Assembly: GCA_030867685.1 (NCBI GenBank)
Contig: JAQOWU010000007.1
Coordinates: forward strand, 2,418,001-2,482,000
Direction of reading: 5' to 3'
DNA from: Wickerhamiella versatilis
Taxonomy: Eukaryota
DNA length: 64,000 bases
Positions 32,601 through 44,314 of the stretch are shown in pieces. Within the stretch, counting starts at the first letter, position 1. Every line of letters begins with the position of its first letter. The position numbers and the translations under genes were made by a program. The notes beneath the pieces are model-generated. The model saw only the letters and a list, made by a program, of their open reading frames with translations, was not told the origin of the DNA and made no database searches.

Positions 32601-33502
32601 GCACGTAGGCGATCAAGCTACGTATTGACGCATTTTTGCGATCTTCATCAGCTAGCAATTAAGTAACTAGTAAGATATCTTGCAGTGTCCAACCAGACTG
32701 GTATTGAAGTGGGATAAGTGGCCTATGTGATACTTGGGTAATACCATGGGAAATGGGTCCCTTTTCCATTTCAAGTGCACATTGGGTTTTCTACATTCAC
32801 ATGACCCAAATATACTCAGTGGTACTTGGCTAGTACCCTTTTATTACATTTTTATGTTTATTTGATTAGGTTTCTATATGCTTTCTGTATACTATATCCC
32901 TGGAGATTAAGATGAGTAGAATTTTTAGGGAGGGTCTGTCTGAGATTGTGATGCTTAATTGAGAGACGCATTCCCAATCTTAGATGGGGTAACATCACTT
33001 GCATACGGTTGCTGAAGGAAGTGGATTCAGAAAGTGGTGGGTAAGGCAAAATCAACCACAAATAAGTGTAATGATAGAAAGAGTATCAAAAAAAAATCAG
33101 AGGAACAGACTGTGTTTTCAATCGTGATTACTAACACTGTAATGAATTAAAAGAACATGGTCTTATGCTGCCGAGTCATGAATTAAATGAGAGAGCACGA
33201 CACCACAGTCAAATTTCCAAGATAAGCCATATTGCATAACATTACATTCACTAGTACCGGAAGATGTTGATATTTAGATGGGGTAGTATTATTTCATTTA
33301 GACCACAGAAAAATCATGGAAGTATTTAAAAGGTTTGGCGATAGTTTTTGCCACAGGGGACTCATATTCAGTGATGCAAGCTGCAAGTTAGCCCACTATC
33401 TGAGACTGGTTGGACAATGCAAGATAGAGACATGACAGAGGTTTCTATATACCCAACAGGTTGTCTATACTACGGTAAAAAATTAAAATTTCCTGTCGGT
33501 AC

Positions 33503-34801
33503 TCAGACCCTCAATTTCCATTTGGTTGACAACCCGACTTGGATCCTATTCCATGCCACTGCCAGTGCAGCAGCCGTTAGTAGAGAGCCGATGAAACATA
33601 TAGCGTCTACGAAATCCCGAGGTGATCTACGGCCAGGAATGCCCTTTATGAGAACACCGGCAACTGGAGTTCCCACTAGAGAAGTAGCACCCCTCAAGAA
33701 GTACAAAAGCGAGTTGATCGATTTGAAGTTCTGCGCTCCAAACTGCTCGGCGAGCACCGTGGGAAACAGGCCAATATAAGCTCCTGCAAACACACCATAA
33801 AGAGCTGAAAACGAAAAAAGCAGACCACGACCAATTTTTACACTATTTAAAACTGACGAGGGAAGCCATAGTGCCCATGCAGTGCATGCGCCAAGCAATG
33901 CGCTCACGGTAAGTGTGTTCATGCGGCCCTGTTTGTCTGCAATATGTCCCAACGCAATTTTGCCGACAAAATTTGCTGCATTCGATACAGCAATGACATT
34001 TGCGCCCATAGAAGAGGAATAGCCCATCGAACGGCAGTAGGAAGATAAATAGTACAAGGGTCCGTAATACGCTGCTGCCTGAAACGCTCCTGCCGTGGCT
34101 TGTGATATGAAAGTAGAGCTTTTTGCAATCTTCCAATTCACCAATGGCATTCTCTCAGCACCTGATTCACGCTCTGCACGCATCGTCTGTAAGGTGGCTG
34201 GATCCCATTTCAGCAGGGCGCCAAACCCACCGATAAGCAGTGCAGCGATGGAGCCTTCAATCCGAAGGGCATTCCTGAATCCCACAACCTCGTTGAGTGC
34301 TCTTGATACTGGTGCCCAAACAAGCCCACCAAGCCCAGTTCCTGATAGAACGATGCCCATTCCCAGGGCCCGGTGCCGATCAAACCATGGCGGAGACACA
34401 GTGACAGCAGTAATGAACGAGAAGCAGGTACCTATACCAAATAAGATACCCTGTGAGAGCAAAAACTGCCAATACCTCGTGGAGAAGCTTGCCAGAATAT
34501 AGCCAGCAGCTGCACATATTGCTCCTATAGTGGTCGCTATGCGGGGACTGAACCTTCGCCCGATCAAAGAAACACCAGGAGCACCGAGCGACATAATTGC
34601 CACGGCTATGGTCCCCACAAGATCTATTTCTGCAGAGGATACTCCATCAAACGGTCCATCTGCGGTCTCATAGAGCTCCTGATAAACACCAAACGAGAAG
34701 TTTAATCCACACGAGATGAAAGTCTGCATCGTAGCTGCTAGTACGATGTAGACAGAGTATGGGATGCATGAAATTTTAGCAGTTACCCTGTCAGTCAGCA
34801 T
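33503..34801 (-). CDS. MFS monocarboxylate-porter family (MCH-like) transporter
   Basis: SFGVYQELY, LSQGILFGIG, WFDRHRALGMGIVLSGTGLGG, GHIADKQGRMN. Confidence 0.9.
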   Translation of the reverse strand: MLTDRVTAKISCIPYSVYIVLAATMQTFISCGLNFSFGVYQELYETADGPFDGVSSAEIDLVGTIAVAIMSLGAPGVSLIGRRFSPRIATTIGAICAAAGYILASFSTRYWQFLLSQGILFGIGTCFSFITAVTVSPPWFDRHRALGMGIVLSGTGLGGLVWAPVSRALNEVVGFRNALRIEGSIAALLIGGFGALLKWDPATLQTMRAERESGAERMPLVNWKIAKSSTFISQATAGAFQAAAYYGPLYYLSSYCRSMGYSSSMGANVIAVSNAANFVGKIALGHIADKQGRMNTLTVSALLGACTAWALWLPSSVLNSVKIGRGLLFSFSALYGVFAGAYIGLFPTVLAEQFGAQNFKSINSLLYFLRGATSLVGTPVAGVLIKGIPGRRSPRDFVDAICFIGSLLTAAALAVAWNRIQVGLSTKWKLRV

Positions 34802-35977
34802 TGAATGATGGTTACCTGTGAGTCACCTATCTAGTTTGTTCAGAATGACCCATAAATTGCAGACGATTATGTCATATAGACTGGGCCTGAATTGTTAATA
34901 AAAAACGGCTTTACAGGAGACACTCAAATTAATCTTTTTTGCAAAACGTATGATGGTTGGTTCAAAAATGTTGAGCCAGTGCCATCACCAAGTTTCAATC
35001 GGGTCGTCGCCGATCTAACTTCCTTAGGGAATGTTTCAGCAAATTTTACGGGAACGTTTCACAATTTATGTTCATACTACTCTTAAGTGAACACCCAAGC
35101 CGTTGTGCCATTTTAGCATCTGACGTTTCGGTTATCGGCAAAGGCAGAGGGGAAAAACGGTTGATTAGTCTCGATTACGTCAATTATAGACGACGGTAGC
35201 TGATTAGATAACGCGATTAAGCTTTGTTAACGTTCTGGTAACTAATATATGCATATAGTGTCCGGGTGAGCGAGAGCGAGAGCGAGAGCACGAATGCGGG
35301 CCCGGACCGCACCTCCAGAGACTTGTCGCATCTTATGTCTCATCTCACATCACAACGCGGACTCGCAAGTGACGCAGGCCATTTCCGTCGCTTCTTTTAT
35401 TTGATCATTCGTTTGATAAAGCAAAAAACTATGCCATTCTCTATATAACTCACTTGCGCGAGTCAATCCGTGTTAGAATAGTTGATAGGCACTATGCGAC
35501 AAGTCGTACTCATGTCGACGTGCAAAATAGCTTTGCTCTTGCCAGCAAATTTATTTCTAACATGAGCATCGCTTCAGCATCATTCGCTTTTCATGCTCTG
35601 AAATAAGCGGTATTTTCGTATCTACTTGCTGACGGTTAGTAAAAACTATCCTTTTGTTTAAGTAGATTAATGCGGTCTGATGTGAGTACGTAGCTGGATA
35701 TCAAGAAAAAAAAACTTATAAAATTTGCACACTAAATACTTTCCACGTATTTGAAACGCCATGAAAACCTGAAACCCCGGGAACTTGTATGGGGGTCCTA
35801 GTGCAATACATCCGAGACCTAGGTTTAATAAGATCTGTTCGATTCCTAGAGGTATAATAAAAAACGGTTTTGGCCTGCTGGTTCGACTAAACGCTTCAGC
35901 AAATCTTGTGCTGCTTTGCTTTGCTTTGCTTTTTGTAACCCCTTCAGCATACTAAAAGGCATAGCATAGTGTACTCT

Positions 35978-36886
35978 ATGATATCGATCTCCCTACTCAT
36001 TTTTTGCGTCTTATGTGTTAGTGTGAGGTGCAGTCTGCCGTTCTGGCATGAATCAAATTACACAGATCTCGCTGCAGCAGTCCAAGATACTTACTGTAAT
36101 AACGTCAGCTCGTCAGTATTCACTGTTGGTAGTGATAACCTGCTCGAATCGTTAGAGTACGGGGACGGTGAGCAGAAGATCAATGTATACCACTCAGAAA
36201 TCTTTGGGATTGTGGTGGCCTACCAAGGAACCAACACTTCCAGTGTCGATGATATGAGCCATGATATGGATACATCAATGGCCCAGCCAGACCAGGAGTT
36301 GGGGATTACAGGAGACAGTATGGTATTTCATGGTTGGCTGGTGCAGTTCAGGAAGTCATGGAGCGATCTCAAGGCGGCTCTTCACTCAGCACTTGCCAAG
36401 TACCCTGGCGACAAGGTCGTGGTGACCGGTCACAGTATGGGTGGAGCAATCGCACAGCTAGGTGCCCTGGCGATAAACCATGAGTTTGGGGATGTGATTG
36501 ACAAAATTGTTTCGTTTGCCCCACCTAGGGTCGGAAACCATAACTACACTGCTGCCTTTGATAACCTGTTTAAGGGAACCTCCGATATCTCTAGGTACAC
36601 GGGCGTGTGGAACGGAAATGACTTTGTACCTTCACTACCCCCTACATCGTGGGGATATTTCCACCCCTCAGGCATGATTTGGATCCATCCTGAGAATGGC
36701 ACATCCTACTCTTATTACCCAAATGGCGAGGACCCTGCAGGTCCAGCCGGTCCAGCACATCGTGTCCGCTTCACTGATCCGTATGGGGGATCAGGGCTCT
36801 ATGTGGGAGCTCATCTAGGCTACTACATGAGGACGCATATTGGTGGCTCCTCCTCTCCATGTCCTGCTGTTGGTGGTGGTGGGTGA
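35978..36886 (+). CDS. Secreted class 3 lipase resembling Malassezia SMG1/Lip1 mono/diacylglycerol lipase
   Basis: VVVTGHSMGG nucleophile motif, PRVGN, NGNDFVPSLPP, GYFHP, HLGYYMRTHIG, C-terminal CPAVG; signal peptide. Confidence 0.88.
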   Translation: MISISLLIFCVLCVSVRCSLPFWHESNYTDLAAAVQDTYCNNVSSSVFTVGSDNLLESLEYGDGEQKINVYHSEIFGIVVAYQGTNTSSVDDMSHDMDTSMAQPDQELGITGDSMVFHGWLVQFRKSWSDLKAALHSALAKYPGDKVVVTGHSMGGAIAQLGALAINHEFGDVIDKIVSFAPPRVGNHNYTAAFDNLFKGTSDISRYTGVWNGNDFVPSLPPTSWGYFHPSGMIWIHPENGTSYSYYPNGEDPAGPAGPAHRVRFTDPYGGSGLYVGAHLGYYMRTHIGGSSSPCPAVGGGG

Positions 36887-37411
36887 AACAAGGGAGAAGA
36901 TAGCCCTCCATTGTAAGTAATGATCTAGCTCTATAACCTTATTTATTTAATTTCATTTCTTCGTGTGAACAGCTATGGGTAATGATATGTCGTGACTGGT
37001 GGGTGAATTATTTGGTCGGCGCCGACATATATGGTGATTTTGCCATGGAGCTTGTCAACTTCTTAACTCTTTTAATTACGCAGAAGTTCGCTTAGAGGGT
37101 CGAAATAACTTTAAATCTGCCTACTGCCCAGTCGTCTTCGCTCACAATATGGGACTGTCAGAAATTGAGTAGGAGGAGAGTAGCCAACCAGCCAGAGTTA
37201 AGGCAATTTCTAGTTTATAGATAACTATGAAATACATTTGATGGTTTATTCAACGAAATAAATAATAATTAATATATGCTGGAACGTCAAGAGAACAGCG
37301 TTGCTTGATTGTAAAGGTGTGACATAATATAGAGACTTTTGTAATATTATTAAGGCAAACCGATCCCAGGTTCCGTTTCAGGAGTGTTTTCCATTAAGGT
37401 TTAATTACTGA

Positions 37412-38056
37412 ATGCCCAAACCGAAACTATACACTAATGTTCACTCTGCTAATGGTTACAAGGCCAGTTTACTTGCCGCCTTCCTTGGACTAGACATTGA
37501 GGAATATGAGGTCGACTTTTTCGACGACGAACAGCACAAATCTCACTATTTGGCCCTAAATCCTCGGGGAGAGGTCCCAACACTGCTTGATGATGGGAAG
37601 GTTTTCTACGATTCCGCGGCGGTCTTAATCTATCTCGCTGGTAAGTATGATAAAACAAACACCTGGTGGTCTTGTGACGCGGAGGAGCAAGCTTCAATTG
37701 CAAGCTGGCTCGCATTTGCTGCAAGCTGGATTCAGTACGGACTTTGTACTGCACGGGCCATCGTCACATTTGGAGCACCGTTTAACGGCCTTGGAACTGG
37801 CCTCGGAGAGGAAGGGAATAAGGTATTGCTACGTGAATCTCAAATCAGGGCCGTCAAGTCTCTTGAAATACTTGAGACATCACTTGAAGATAGGCAGTGG
37901 CTCACCTTGAACCGACCAACTATTGCAGACATTGCAGTATTTGCCTATGTAGTTCTTGCACCAATGGCCGATATCGCCCTTGATCCTTACCCAAGGGTCA
38001 TTGCTTGGATCGAAAGGATAAAACGGTTGCCCAATTACTTTCCAATTTCTTCGTGA
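37412..38056 (+). CDS. Glutathione S-transferase
   Basis: SANGYKA, LNPRGEVPTL, DSAAVLIYLA, PTIADIA, YPRVIAWIERI. Confidence 0.92.
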   Translation: MPKPKLYTNVHSANGYKASLLAAFLGLDIEEYEVDFFDDEQHKSHYLALNPRGEVPTLLDDGKVFYDSAAVLIYLAGKYDKTNTWWSCDAEEQASIASWLAFAASWIQYGLCTARAIVTFGAPFNGLGTGLGEEGNKVLLRESQIRAVKSLEILETSLEDRQWLTLNRPTIADIAVFAYVVLAPMADIALDPYPRVIAWIERIKRLPNYFPISS

Positions 38057-38245
38057 TGTCCTTGGCTTGGTCCCTCTATTAGCTGGGGAGGGCCTGGTTG
38101 GCATCGTGTAAATCTGCCATCCCATAGCTCACGTCAGTATTATCGCTGACCTGGTTATCTCGAAAGAAAGAAATCGATAAACTAGAGAACTAAATTGAAA
38201 ATATATTAACGTAATGTGTGTTCATTATGGAGAGATACGCTTGCT

Positions 38246-39283
38246 CTAAATAGTCCATTTCTGTATCGGTCCATTACCAGTGAGGTAGAAAAACGACGAG
38301 TCGTCAATTGCTGTGAGACCATTCCATTGCGATGACTGGGCTACCGTTTTAGCAGTGTTTTGATCCCATTGTCCATTAATTGGTTTGGTAATAATCTTAG
38401 CATCAACTCTACCGCGGTCCTCATCATTGGCCTGGAAGCTGACGACAAGATTATCACCCACCTTCAAGATCTGTGGAGCACCAATCGTAACACCAGCAAC
38501 ATCATAAACATGCGTACGAGTTGACTGATCCCAGGTATTTCCGCCATCAAATGACTCCACAGTTCCAACATAACTGCCACCATTTGGATCGGTACTCAGA
38601 GACTCGAAGACAGCGATCAAATGCTGCGGGTCGATCTCAGCAACTCCGACCATACCATCACGACGCGTGCCATTGTCGCCATCGCTAACAACAGTATACT
38701 GTTTCGTCCAGTGAGCACCTCCGTCCGTGGATGTTATTACGACATTTTGCTGAACATTTTGGTTAAGTTCATGAGAATAGAAGAGCTGAATAGTCGATCC
38801 ATCGGCAGCAGTACGCAGGAATGGCTCCCAGTCGCCAGTTTCTTGGCCATTGTTTGGATCTGTAACGGCGTCAACTAGCCAGTTCCACTTGGTTCCATCG
38901 TATTCACTGATCGTGATTCGCCAGACTGTATCCTGGTCGTTTGCGATATCATGGTTGCGATAGGCAACCAGGTACTTGTTATCTCCTGGACGTACGTAGG
39001 GGTAGCCGTTGGTACGATCGTTTGCTGGTCCACCCTGTGTCACAGCTCCCCCTATATCGAACCACTCCCACCCGCCAACGGAAAAGTAAGCCTTTACCCC
39101 AGCAGATCCTCCACCAGAAGATCCCAGGAATTGATTATTACCAAGATTGACCGCCCTGGGATATCCACCAGTGAGTTTTCCCGGGAACGGAACCTGTGTC
39201 AAATCCCGTCTCTCGAGACTCACAGGCAATCCCAGGGCTACTCCTGCGGCCGATAGGGCCAAGAAAAGGTTCGAGGTCAGCAT
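38246..39283 (-). CDS. Secreted BNR/Asp-box beta-propeller glycosidase (GH93-like)
   Basis: Signal peptide plus RR propeptide site; WEPFLR, Asp-boxes STDGGAHW and SFDGGNTW, RDGM, IAVFES, GAPQI. Confidence 0.8.
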   Translation of the reverse strand: MLTSNLFLALSAAGVALGLPVSLERRDLTQVPFPGKLTGGYPRAVNLGNNQFLGSSGGGSAGVKAYFSVGGWEWFDIGGAVTQGGPANDRTNGYPYVRPGDNKYLVAYRNHDIANDQDTVWRITISEYDGTKWNWLVDAVTDPNNGQETGDWEPFLRTAADGSTIQLFYSHELNQNVQQNVVITSTDGGAHWTKQYTVVSDGDNGTRRDGMVGVAEIDPQHLIAVFESLSTDPNGGSYVGTVESFDGGNTWDQSTRTHVYDVAGVTIGAPQILKVGDNLVVSFQANDEDRGRVDAKIITKPINGQWDQNTAKTVAQSSQWNGLTAIDDSSFFYLTGNGPIQKWTI

Positions 39284-39943
39284 CGATGTGTTGTCACTGC
39301 GATGTTCCACAGTTGCTTGTTTATATAGGGGATAATTTTCGGGAAAGTCCGAAACTATGCATCATGTATGGGTAAGGGTCATAGAAATTTAGTAGTAGTG
39401 CATGAACTTACGTATATGCTCAAGACACTTACCATACACATATAGAGAGACATAAAGTACCAGCCAATTGGTATATAGCCTTAGTATACCACCCTGAGCT
39501 ATTTTTGTGCCGCCTAAACGGAGGAACCAGAAAGATGTCGCAGCTCGATGGCATCCTATCGCTCGGTCTCTCGGTATTGAGGAGACGCAGTGATGCACGC
39601 ACGTGCTTGGGTAAAGAGATCTTCGAACGCAGGTGGAAAGGGCAATTGCACCTGACGTGTCTGCTAAGAGCACAGTCATCATGACCTCGACCCATTTCCG
39701 GTTGCTTGCGAAGTGATGACGTCCACCAGATTGGCCGACCGAGAGGTATAACTAAGACTGGTTAGGCGGTCTAATCAACTTATAGAACACAACAGACAAC
39801 GGACACAATGAATGTGACCTTCAACAGAAAACAGCGTCGGTGATCATATCATTAAGCGACTTGAGCTCATATCTTTATTTGTAGGTTATGATGAGCAACG
39901 TCTGAATATCATTAAGCTTTTAGATCATCCCTAATATATTAGC

Positions 39944-40714
39944 CTAGTGGGAGGAGTAAATTTTACCCAAGTTTGTCAGGGACCCATCCTCATTGACGAG
40001 TCTATTGACATGACCGGTGTTGAAGCCTTCCCAAGAGTAAGCAGCCACCATGTCACTACCATCCAAGAAATCGAGGGCCTCCTTCATGAAGCTTTCCGCC
40101 TCCTGATCATTACAGTAGTCCGCTGATCCAGTATCATAGGACAAGCACGCAAACTCCGTCACCCACACGGGTTTCTTGAATGCTGCGTATAGCTGTGCCA
40201 CAGCCCCCCTCAGGTCGTCCACAGACTTGGTATATTTATGAAGATTAGAGTAGTCCCAGTCACAATCGCACGCTTCAATGAACTTACCCAACCAGTCAGT
40301 GGTTCCATAGATAGGCGAAGGACTCGCCACGAGAGTTCCTTCGCTACGCAGCTTAGGCATGGCCTGGTTCCACATGCTGGCAAACTCATCAACAGATATG
40401 TCACGATAATCGGTTTGTGGCTTGTTATCAGGCTCGTTGAATCCAATTGCATATTGAGGCTTGGAATGGGCAACCGCTTGCTTGAACTGATCGATGTCCT
40501 TATGCTGGATGGTCGGCACATACGTGAAACTCGCCCCAGTCATAGGACTCGTAGAAACGGTATCATACCAGTCATACCACCAGCCAAATGGACCATTTTT
40601 CAGTTCCGTCGAAGTGCTTTGCTCTTGCAAGGCCCAGGCCACGCCACGTTTGGGGGAGGGTGCCTGGGCGAAACAGCCGGCAAGCAACGAGAGGATGATC
40701 TCAGTGGAAACCAT
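39944..40714 (-). CDS. Secreted GH128 (Asl1-like) beta-1,3-glucanase
   Basis: KRGVAW, WWYDW, GFNEPD (acid/base Glu), KPVWVTEFA (nucleophile Glu), AYSW, GSLTNLGKIY; ATG at 40714. Confidence 0.88.
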   Translation of the reverse strand: MVSTEIILSLLAGCFAQAPSPKRGVAWALQEQSTSTELKNGPFGWWYDWYDTVSTSPMTGASFTYVPTIQHKDIDQFKQAVAHSKPQYAIGFNEPDNKPQTDYRDISVDEFASMWNQAMPKLRSEGTLVASPSPIYGTTDWLGKFIEACDCDWDYSNLHKYTKSVDDLRGAVAQLYAAFKKPVWVTEFACLSYDTGSADYCNDQEAESFMKEALDFLDGSDMVAAYSWEGFNTGHVNRLVNEDGSLTNLGKIYSSH

Positions 40715-41727
40715 TTGGTATTCTGGTCTAGACTGCACTTGCGGAAGGGATATTTATACCTATTTATAAAACCATGATTAAGGAAACACACCGCAGCCTC
40801 TCTGCAGAATAGTGGAACTGACGGAAGGTATGCGGATAATTCCGAAGGTTAGGGTAGGCATCTTCCGATAGCCGTTATCAATGGGCAGAGCACGAGGTTG
40901 CAGCACGTGGAATAAACTTTATTTAGATTTCTGCTATACTTAGGAGCTTTAGGAGCTCTAGATGCTTTATACAAGTACAAATAACAGTACTTGGGGCCTT
41001 AAGTTTGGCTTTGAGCTTGGACGCTCTCAATGATCAGAATGGTCACTACAAATAGTTTCAGAATTGCACCACAAATGAAATTATCATGTTCTAAGCTCTA
41101 CCCACCATGTACTCTAGCTAGTAAAGTAGTTGTCTTGTTACAGCTGGTTTTGACGGTTTGACGTCGGGAGCTACCTGCAGTTGCAGTTGCAGTTGCAGTT
41201 GCATCCAAGAAGTATAGCATAATCCATTACAATACCTGCTGCTTGTAGATCACAATCAATTATGCACGGTGAGTATTTGTCAACATTGCCGGCGCACACG
41301 AAGCGAGAAGTAACAGGCCTGTATACGCTGGTGGAATGTGAATGTTCTCAAGCAAAATAGCGTAATGACCAGAGCCCACCTCAACTTTGATTGAGTTTCC
41401 AAAGAGAATCAGGTCAAGAGATATTATCCAGCATGCGTTTGCTAAGCTGCATGCCAGGACGTCACTTAATATGAAGCCCGTCTCTTTATGAACAACCATG
41501 ACTATGGGCCTATATCAGCTATACTAGTTCTCCTAAGGCTCGAGCGAGCTGCTTGTTGACAGAATGCCCTACTCGATTCGATACTTAATGTGTATTCACT
41601 AACTTCGTCTGGCTTAGGGTAGGGTGGTGTATAGTAAAACACCGAGATTGGGCTTACACACGATCCCCGCCAGAGATCCCTTATAGCTGGCAGATCTTAC
41701 TACATAAAACCAAGAAACATTTGCAAT

Positions 41728-42477
41728 ATGATCAGTGTACTTTTACTGCTTCCCGCTGCGTTGGCCACCCGCTACGTAGCACTAGGCAGCTCTTATGCCT
41801 CAGGTCCGGGTCTAGGCCACCAGTCAGAGGGTACCCTGTATGCGTGCAGGCAGTCAGATGACAACTACCCACATAAAGTTCAAGATGCTCTTAAATTCGA
41901 TGAGTTCAAGGATATGTCTTGTTCAGGTGCTACTTTGGAAAACGTACTTTATGGCGGGCAGCACAAGAACCTAGAGCCTCAAATTGACTCGCTCAACGCT
42001 GATACGAAGCTTGTTACCTTGACGGCAGGAGGCAATGATGTTTATTATGTTGGAGACCTCATTTATGCGGGCCAAGGTCGTGCTATCTCAGACAATCGCC
42101 CTTGGGAAACCATGAGGAGTAGGATGGAGACTACAATAGACGAGATCCACAGGCACTCGCCAAATGCGCGTGTGTTCGTGGTAGACTATCTCACGGATCT
42201 TCGTGACGGTGTTACCTGTGATTCTATAGGAATCGAAATCAGTAAAGTGCACGCTTTGTACGAAGTACAGCAAAAATTGCGCTCGATCACCAAAGAGGTT
42301 GTTGAGGAAAAAGGTGCTGAGCTTATTGACGTGGCAGGAAGTTCCGAGTATCACACTGCATGTGATTCCGACCCTTGGGTATTAGGAAAAGATGGCAAAC
42401 CTATGGGCTTTCATCCTAATAATAAGGGGACCGAGGTAGTTGCTAATGCCATAATAAACTCTTGGAAGTACTATTAG
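41728..42477 (+). CDS. Secreted SGNH/GDSL esterase (SEST-like, bacterial type)
   Basis: YVALGSSYASGPG (block I), SCSGAT (II), TAGGND (III), FHPN (V); signal peptide. Confidence 0.88.
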   Translation: MISVLLLLPAALATRYVALGSSYASGPGLGHQSEGTLYACRQSDDNYPHKVQDALKFDEFKDMSCSGATLENVLYGGQHKNLEPQIDSLNADTKLVTLTAGGNDVYYVGDLIYAGQGRAISDNRPWETMRSRMETTIDEIHRHSPNARVFVVDYLTDLRDGVTCDSIGIEISKVHALYEVQQKLRSITKEVVEEKGAELIDVAGSSEYHTACDSDPWVLGKDGKPMGFHPNNKGTEVVANAIINSWKYY

Positions 42478-43366
42478 TTTGACAGCTGGCTTCTCAAGCG
42501 ATATAGATTCAGGCACTCTTTTAACAATCATATTATATGTGGATTTTTAAGTACTATCTTCCAGTTCCACGACTTCATAATCATCAATTCATTTCCATAA
42601 ACTGTATAGGTATGTACCTGTGGCAAGATAGTAGCTTTATAGCTCTTACAGAGACTTCCAGCTGACGCCAATTATACAACAATCATTTACATAGTTTGGG
42701 ATACGTGGCACTCGAAGATACCAGGACTAAAAATAGGGGCAATTTGATCTTCATTGCATTCAGGACAGGTGCCAGATTGGGTTCCCCTACATTCCTTCAG
42801 GCTATCGTCTCACTGCAGTATTCCAACATCGGGATTTTCCTGCCCTAGCTTCTCGCATGTTTAGGGTACAATCCCCTTGGTATCTGGTTATGCGCTCGAC
42901 AAAAAATATTTAAAAAATGCCAACAGAGCAGAAATGCAAGGTGTCTGGTTTGGAGATTTGCCTACTAAGGTATATAAATATAGTTTATGATATAAATGTC
43001 AATGTCAAGGTCCTGATCTTCTTTTTGAGCAATTTGCCGATCGGTGGCATGCTTACTGCCCAGCTAACATATGAGTTTTAAAGATAAGACATACTGGGTT
43101 ATGTAGCCGGGTAAGATGCCTGTGAGATGTAGCACAACACTAGTGATTGTGTGACTTTTCCATTGAAAGAAGCGTTTTCATAGCCTCAATACCATGCATA
43201 CCTGGTCGAGGGTAGGTATCTCAAAACCTCGGTGTAATTAGTAATTCAATGCGTGCAGATCATCGTATAACCTATCACTGGCTTAGGGTAGGATATATCC
43301 GCTGGAGTCAATAAGTCAGAATATATAAGAGACAGGTAAATCGGCAATTCAACCAACTAATAACCA

Positions 43367-43891
43367 ATGCTTTGGCTTCTTCCTCTCACTCTTATCGCTG
43401 CTGCACCTGCTGAAGACACTTTGTTTGCAAGGGATGCTGTATTGGGCGACATGAAAGGCGTCCACAATAACGATATTGGCTCCTGGTTCCGTGCAAATAA
43501 TGATGGCACCAATGGCAGAAGCTGGTGCGAGTTTGAGTACGATGATAGTATGCCTATTGTTGCAGTCCCGATAGATTTGATGTCAAGCTGGAAAAGCGGC
43601 GGTAGAATGGACGAAAATGCCAAAAAACATTACTGCGGTAAGGAATTGATCCTCAAGGCTAAGGACGTCAATGGTAATTGGCAGCAAGCTACGGCTTATA
43701 TTGGCGACGCATTCGACCAGCGATGGGTCAGGACAAAATACTCGCTTGATATTATGTATGACCTTTTCAGACAGCTTCGTGGTGAGGACCAACAAGATGA
43801 CAAAAATATTGTCTTTAAGAAAGGTGACATGGAATGGTGGTTGACTGATGGATTCAACGAGAAGTACTCCTTCAAGGGGGGCCAAGCTTAG
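43367..43891 (+). CDS. Secreted RlpA-like double-psi beta-barrel (expansin/loosenin-like) protein
   Basis: Signal peptide; SWCEFEYDD, IVAVP, HYCGKELI, AYIGDA, SLDIMYDLF follow the DPBB pattern. Confidence 0.65.
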   Translation: MLWLLPLTLIAAAPAEDTLFARDAVLGDMKGVHNNDIGSWFRANNDGTNGRSWCEFEYDDSMPIVAVPIDLMSSWKSGGRMDENAKKHYCGKELILKAKDVNGNWQQATAYIGDAFDQRWVRTKYSLDIMYDLFRQLRGEDQQDDKNIVFKKGDMEWWLTDGFNEKYSFKGGQA

Positions 43892-44314
43892 AGCCACTAG
43901 ACATTTAGATCCTATAGTAGATACTAAACTGGGAATCGTGACAATAGTTGGGAAGTGGGAAATAGCTGCCGCCACTGTCCGACTTACAATTTCAGGAGAA
44001 ACAGGCAAACTAATAAGCATCCATCCTGTGACGAATGGAAGGGATCCAACTGGTAGACATACTGTTAGCTGCTCTGGGAAATGCATTTCTTGATATGTGA
44101 ACCACTTCAATACCTGGGACTTGTTGGACCTTAATATGAGAGTAAGCCTACACTCGTCTAATTACTTAAACCCTCGAAGTTTCAATCCAAAGTAGTGGGC
44201 TACCATGCATTGACCAACCGGTGTGAAGCTTTAATAGTACGACTTTATAGTGATCAGTTGTCATCGGTATGATGTTTATTGTGATAACTACTTCAAGATA
44301 CTAACTTTACGCAA

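Noticed and set aside
35270-35310. (GCGAGA)n microsatellite and GCCCGGACCGCA resembling the TF motif
   Set aside because: Short simple repeat; the motif match is partial and about 500 bp from the MCT start, too weak to add to the regulon.
41176-41203. (GTTGCA)n repeat, and (TGCTT)n near 35913
   Set aside because: Ordinary microsatellites with no spacers; not CRISPR-like.
43583-44110. 175-aa minus-strand ORF, and similar overlapping ORFs such as 40238-40777
   Set aside because: Antisense overlaps of better-supported genes, with non-ATG starts or no domain signal.
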